From: Eledone cirrhosa
Lineage: Eukaryota
Length of the DNA stretch: 64,000 nt
NCBI GenBank assembly: GCA_964016885.1
Contig: CAXHJY010000645.1
Span: 62,001 to 126,000, forward strand
Direction of reading: 5' to 3'
Of this stretch, positions 57,461 through 64,000 are shown one piece after another (position 1 is the first letter of the stretch; every line of letters starts with the position of its first letter). Under the pieces are notes generated by a model. That model searched no databases and was not told the DNA's origin. It saw only the letters and a program-made list of their open reading frames with translations. A program made the position numbers and the translations under genes.

Positions 57461-57800
57461 ACTATATATATATATATATATATACGGGGTAACAGATTAT
57501 TGTTATAGGTAGTCCACTTAAGTGTAGTCCAGTTAGGGTACTCGGCGTAGTGGATGATATTGGTGATCGAATAACGTGAAAATAAGCGGGTAGCGATCTC
57601 TAGACCTACCAGTTCAGAGAAACAATTGTCAGCAATGAGATTAAAAACCTTTTTTTGTATAGCAAACCGTGTCACTCTTCTTTCCTGATTTATATATATA
57701 TATATAAGTAGAAGGGGGTATTTAATGGACTATCCAGAGAATATCCAACTGATAAGGTATGATTTTCCTGGGTATGTCTCTTTATCTAAAACAAATTTTG

Positions 57801-57863
57801 TATTTTATCTGAGGAAAGCGTACCAAAGTGTTTTGGTACCCTTGAAATATATATAATAAAATA
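57801..57863 (+). ncRNA. Type I hammerhead ribozyme motif (long stem II, ATAT loop III)
   Basis: tattttat-CTGAGGA-[aagcgtaccaaa gtgt tttggtaccctt]-GAAA-tatata-TA-ataaaata; predicted cleavage after 57855. Confidence 0.85.
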
Positions 57864-58046
57864 AATATGGTTTTATAAATATAGTTTCCATTTATTTAAT
57901 GTCATTGAATATTATATTCCAGAAAACTTGTCGAGTGCTCTGAATCAGTTATAAACATTTATGTTTGTTGAATTACCAACAACTTAAATAACCCTTCTGC
58001 TTAAAAATTTCTTTAGTCAAAAATACGGTGGAAGCTTATATTTCTG

Positions 58047-58151
<105 letters not shown>

Positions 58152-58254
58152 TATGTACATATACATACACACATACACACATATATATATATATATACAT
58201 ATATATGTATATATACACACACACACACACATATATATGCATATATATGTATAT

Positions 58255-58322
<68 letters not shown>

Positions 58323-58415
58323 ATAATGATAAATTTGAAGACTAAAATCCAAAGAGGGCTCGATAACGATAAATATATATCAAATATATAAGAACCGTAA
58401 AATATTTATATTTTT

Positions 58416-58466
58416 AGTTTCAGAAGATCCCGTTAAGGGTGAAAGCAGCGATTCTTTGCTTAAACT
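58416..58466 (+). ncRNA. Hammerhead-like motif with a U4A core change (family also at 62545-62725 and 37090-37130)
   Basis: agttt-CAGAAGA-t-ccc gttaa ggg-t-GAAA-gca gcgattctt tgc-TT-aaact. Confidence 0.5.
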
Positions 58467-58501
58467 TTAATCTGTTATTTTAATATATATATTATATATA
58501 T

Positions 58502-58592
<91 letters not shown>

Positions 58593-58593
58593 C

Positions 58594-58624
<31 letters not shown>

Positions 58625-58654
58625 CATACATATATATATATACATATATATACA

Positions 58655-58704
<50 letters not shown>

Positions 58705-58779
58705 CATATATACATATATACATATATATATATATACATACATATATATATATACATATATATACATATATATATATAC

Positions 58780-58810
<31 letters not shown>

Positions 58811-58819
58811 CATACATAC

Positions 58820-58888
<69 letters not shown>

Positions 58889-58915
58889 CATACATATATA
58901 CATACATATATATAT

Positions 58916-59020
<105 letters not shown>

Positions 59021-59043
59021 CATACATATATATATATATATAT

Positions 59044-59074
<31 letters not shown>

Positions 59075-59167
59075 CATACATATATATATACATATATATA
59101 TATATACATACATATATATATACATATATATATATATACATACATATATATATACATATATATATAT

Positions 59168-59326
<159 letters not shown>

Positions 59327-59374
59327 ACTTTGAAATGTTTTGGCCAGTATTGGCCCAGGCCATGTCTAACTTAA

Positions 59375-59392
59375 TAGCACCACCTGGCGAAG
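59375..59392 (-). promoter_or_regulatory. CTCF-like motif in a 130-bp unique island between (TA)n fields
   Basis: tcgccaggtggtgcta on the minus strand resembles the CCASYAGRKGGCRS consensus; this is a motif match only. Confidence 0.3.
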
Positions 59393-59478
59393 TCTTTCAA
59401 TTCAGGATTTGGGCACCATGGCCCATTCGAGAAGAGAATTACTGTTTGCGGAGACATATATATATATATACATACATA

Positions 59479-59590
<112 letters not shown>

Positions 59591-59659
59591 CATACATATA
59601 TATATATATACATACATATATATATATATATATATACATACATATATATATATATATAT

Positions 59660-59692
<33 letters not shown>

Positions 59693-59741
59693 CATACATA
59701 TATATATATATATATATACATACATATATATATATATATAT

Positions 59742-59802
<61 letters not shown>

Positions 59803-59807
59803 CATAC

Positions 59808-59950
<143 letters not shown>

Positions 59951-59951
59951 C

Positions 59952-60020
<69 letters not shown>

Positions 60021-60025
60021 TATAC

Positions 60026-60220
<195 letters not shown>

Positions 60221-60250
60221 ATATATATACACATAAAACTGTTTATATTG

Positions 60251-60316
60251 TATTTTGTCTGAGGAAGGCATAGCATATTGTTAATATGATATCCCCGAAA
60301 TATATATAATGAAATA
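60251..60316 (+). ncRNA. Type I hammerhead ribozyme motif (long stem II, ATAT loop III)
   Basis: tattttgt-CTGAGGA-[aggcatagcatatt gtt aatatgatatcccc]-GAAA-tatata-TA-atgaaata. Stem I is kept by G-U pairs, and stem II has a different sequence but is still a hairpin. Confidence 0.82.
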
Positions 60317-60444
60317 AATATGGTTTTATAAATATAGTTTCCATTTATTTAATATTGTAAATATACTCCAAATATTTGTCGAGTGCTTTTATATCAGTTA
60401 TAAATATTTACTAGTTGTAACCCAACAATTTTAAATATAACTTT

Positions 60445-60507
<63 letters not shown>

Positions 60508-61442
60508 TATATATATACACATATATATATATATACACATATATATATATATACACATATATATATATATACACATATATATATATATACACATATATAT
60601 ATATATACACACACATGTATATATATGTATATATATACATATATATATATATACACACACACATGTATATATATGTATATACATATACATATATATATAC
60701 ATATATATACACACACATGTATATATATGTATATATATACATATATATATACACACACACATGTATATATATGTATATACATATATATATACATATATAT
60801 ATACACACATGTATATATATGTATATACATATACATATATATATACATATATATATACACACATGTATATATATGTATATACATATACATATATATATAC
60901 ATATATATATACACACATGTATATATATATATATATACATACACATATATACACACACATGTATATATATATATACACACATATATATATATATATATAC
61001 ATATATACGTATAGATATGTATATATATATATATATATACACATATATAAATACATATGTATGTATATATATATATATATATTTATATACACACACACAC
61101 ACAAACACACTTATACACACACTTATAAACACACAGACACATACACACACTCAATGACACTAAAGCGGCATTTATATCATTTGTATAAAATCTCGCTATA
61201 TCTCAAGGAAAAACCTTACATTACCCAACACAGCCAAACCCAAACCCAACTCTATAACATACAACAACCATCTTTTCTCATCTTTTATACACCTTGTGTA
61301 TAGCCGAAAAGAAATTCGCTGAAGAACGCTAACAACTTTGTTTAATGAATTCAGCAAAAATGCGCCATATTTTTATACGAATATTTTGCATAGAAGTCTT
61401 TTCAGACAGGGGGAAAAAAACAACAAAAAAAACAACAAAAAA

Positions 61443-61483
<41 letters not shown>

Positions 61484-62030
61484 TACATGTATATTGTCAA
61501 TCGCTGCTTTTGTGTTCTTTCATTATTCCATTTCTTTCGTAGATGTGAAGAAAATGTTCAATGAAAGAAAGAAATGTGTATACATGCATATACACACAGG
61601 CATACCCTCACACACACACACATACATATATATGTATATGTGTCAATCATATATACATATGATAATCATATATATATATATATACATATATGTAGAATCA
61701 TATATATATATATATGCATATATATAAATCATATATATATAAATCATATATATTTATATATATATATATGTCATATATATATTTATATAAATATGAATAT
61801 ATACATATTTATATAAATATAAATATGTATCTTTCTATATTTATATACATATATTTGTGTGTATGTATGTGTAAATGTTTACATATGTATGTAAGTGTGT
61901 ATATATATATATGTATATATATGTATTTACATATGTATATATATATATATATATATATACATATACATATGTATGCATATATACACATTCATATATATAC
62001 ATATATATATGTATATATATATATATATAT

Positions 62031-62083
<53 letters not shown>

Positions 62084-62544
62084 TATACAGTACTCCGCCA
62101 TAAACAAAAAACACCATATTCCATCATTTACTCAAATTCCATTCCTTCATATCATTTTACTTAGGTTGTCTGTCCTTCGTTGACCTCTGCTCCCCCCTCC
62201 TCCACTACACATCCCCCCCTTTTACTCTCTGCTCCTCCCCAATCTCTATATATTAGCTACTTATATATATATATATATATATGTATATGTGTATATATAT
62301 GTAACTGTGTATAAAAACACATATATACAGATATCTCTCTATATATATATATACACACACACACACACATATAGAAATATTTATATATACATATGTATAT
62401 AAAGATATTCATATATATATATATATATATATATACATGCATATATACATACATATATACATATATTTATATATATAATGTAATATATATATACATATAC
62501 ATATATATATATATATAGATAGATATATATATATATATAATATA

Positions 62545-62725
62545 TATTTATTAAAATAATAGATTAAAGTTTCAGCAAAGAATAGCTGCTTTCACCCTTA
62601 ACGGGATCTTCTTTGCTTAAACTTTAATCTGTTATTTTAATAAATATTTGCTCTACGGTTCTTATATATTTATCATTATCGAGCCCCTCTTTGGATTTTA
62701 GTCTCCAATTTATTATTATTACTAT
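62545..62725 (+). mobile_element. Fold-back short element (58.3 kb family)
   Basis: 62545-62582 is inverted against 62609-62646; 62640-62725 is the reverse complement of 58320-58410. Confidence 0.75.
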
Positions 62726-62776
62726 TATATATATATATGCATATATACATATATATATATATATGTATATATATAC

Positions 62777-62825
<49 letters not shown>

Positions 62826-62827
62826 CA

Positions 62828-62877
<50 letters not shown>

Positions 62878-62930
62878 CATATATGTATATATATACATAT
62901 ATGTATATATATATATATATTACATATATG

Positions 62931-62976
<46 letters not shown>

Positions 62977-63006
62977 CATATATGTATATATATATATATA
63001 TATACA

Positions 63007-63048
<42 letters not shown>

Positions 63049-63157
63049 TGTATATATATATATATATATGTATATATATACATATATGTATATATATATA
63101 TATATATACATATATGTATATATATATATATATACATATATGTATATATATATATAT

Positions 63158-63300
<143 letters not shown>

Positions 63301-63317
63301 TGTATATATATATATAT

Positions 63318-63350
<33 letters not shown>

Positions 63351-63589
63351 TATATGTATATATATATATATATACATATATGTATATATATATATAAATA
63401 TATGTATATATATATATATATATATATACATATATGTATATATATATATATATATATACATATATGTATATATATATATAAATATATGTATATATATATA
63501 TATACACATACATATATACAAATCTATATATACATATATACAGATATAAAAATATATATATATATATACATACATATATACACATATAT

Positions 63590-63693
63590 AGCCGTCGGGG
63601 TCCTACTCGTTCCTATTACCCACTCTACTACCCTAAGTATTGAGTACTTTGGTGCGTTATGGTCCACCTGGTTCCTTACCACATTTCCTTCGT

Positions 63694-63773
<80 letters not shown>

Positions 63774-63785
63774 CGAAGGAAATGT

Positions 63786-63846
<61 letters not shown>

Positions 63847-63862
63847 CGAAGGAAATGTGGTA
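63590..63862 (+). mobile_element. 37.7 kb-family element plus two inverted ~20-bp end fragments in (TA)n
   Basis: It ends accacatttccttcgtta (63694); taacgaaggaaatgtggta occurs at 63771 and 63844. Confidence 0.8.
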
Positions 63863-64000
63863 TATATATATATATATATATATTCTCTTGACCAAATATG
63901 GTACTCGTGTGCGTTCTAAATATATTGCTGCACCACTATTCTTGTTGGTACATCCTCTTGACCAAATATGGTATCTCTGTTTGCTCTGAGTATGTCTTGA

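Overview
This is eukaryotic, very microsatellite-rich non-coding DNA. An invertebrate, probably octopus/cephalopod, is inferred from the repeat style and SINE type; this is not verified. Most of the window is (TA)n, (CA)n, (CT)n, (CAC)n, (AAC)n, (AGT)n or (CCAA)n, so nearly every ORF in the supplied track is a repeat artefact, and no complete protein-coding gene can be supported. The unique islands hold transposon remnants: RTE, CR1 and Tx1-like LINE ends, a Tc1/mariner end, a tRNA-derived SINE family, and a ~600-bp non-autonomous element in 5-6 copies. The main unexplained structure is a dense set of about 13 type I hammerhead-ribozyme motifs from several short, (TA)n-embedded, Penelope-like terminal-repeat families. 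Five share one stem I, have unusually long covarying stem II helices and carry palindromic stem III loops. Several fold-back palindromes in these families are centred on the ribozyme stem II. Also notable are an RTE insertion with a twin-priming-type 5' inversion and an 8-bp target-site duplication (TSD), and five separate transposon fragments that have each spawned an internal minisatellite. A few possible minus-strand exons and promoter-like motif clusters are reported at low confidence. All base pairings were worked out by eye.
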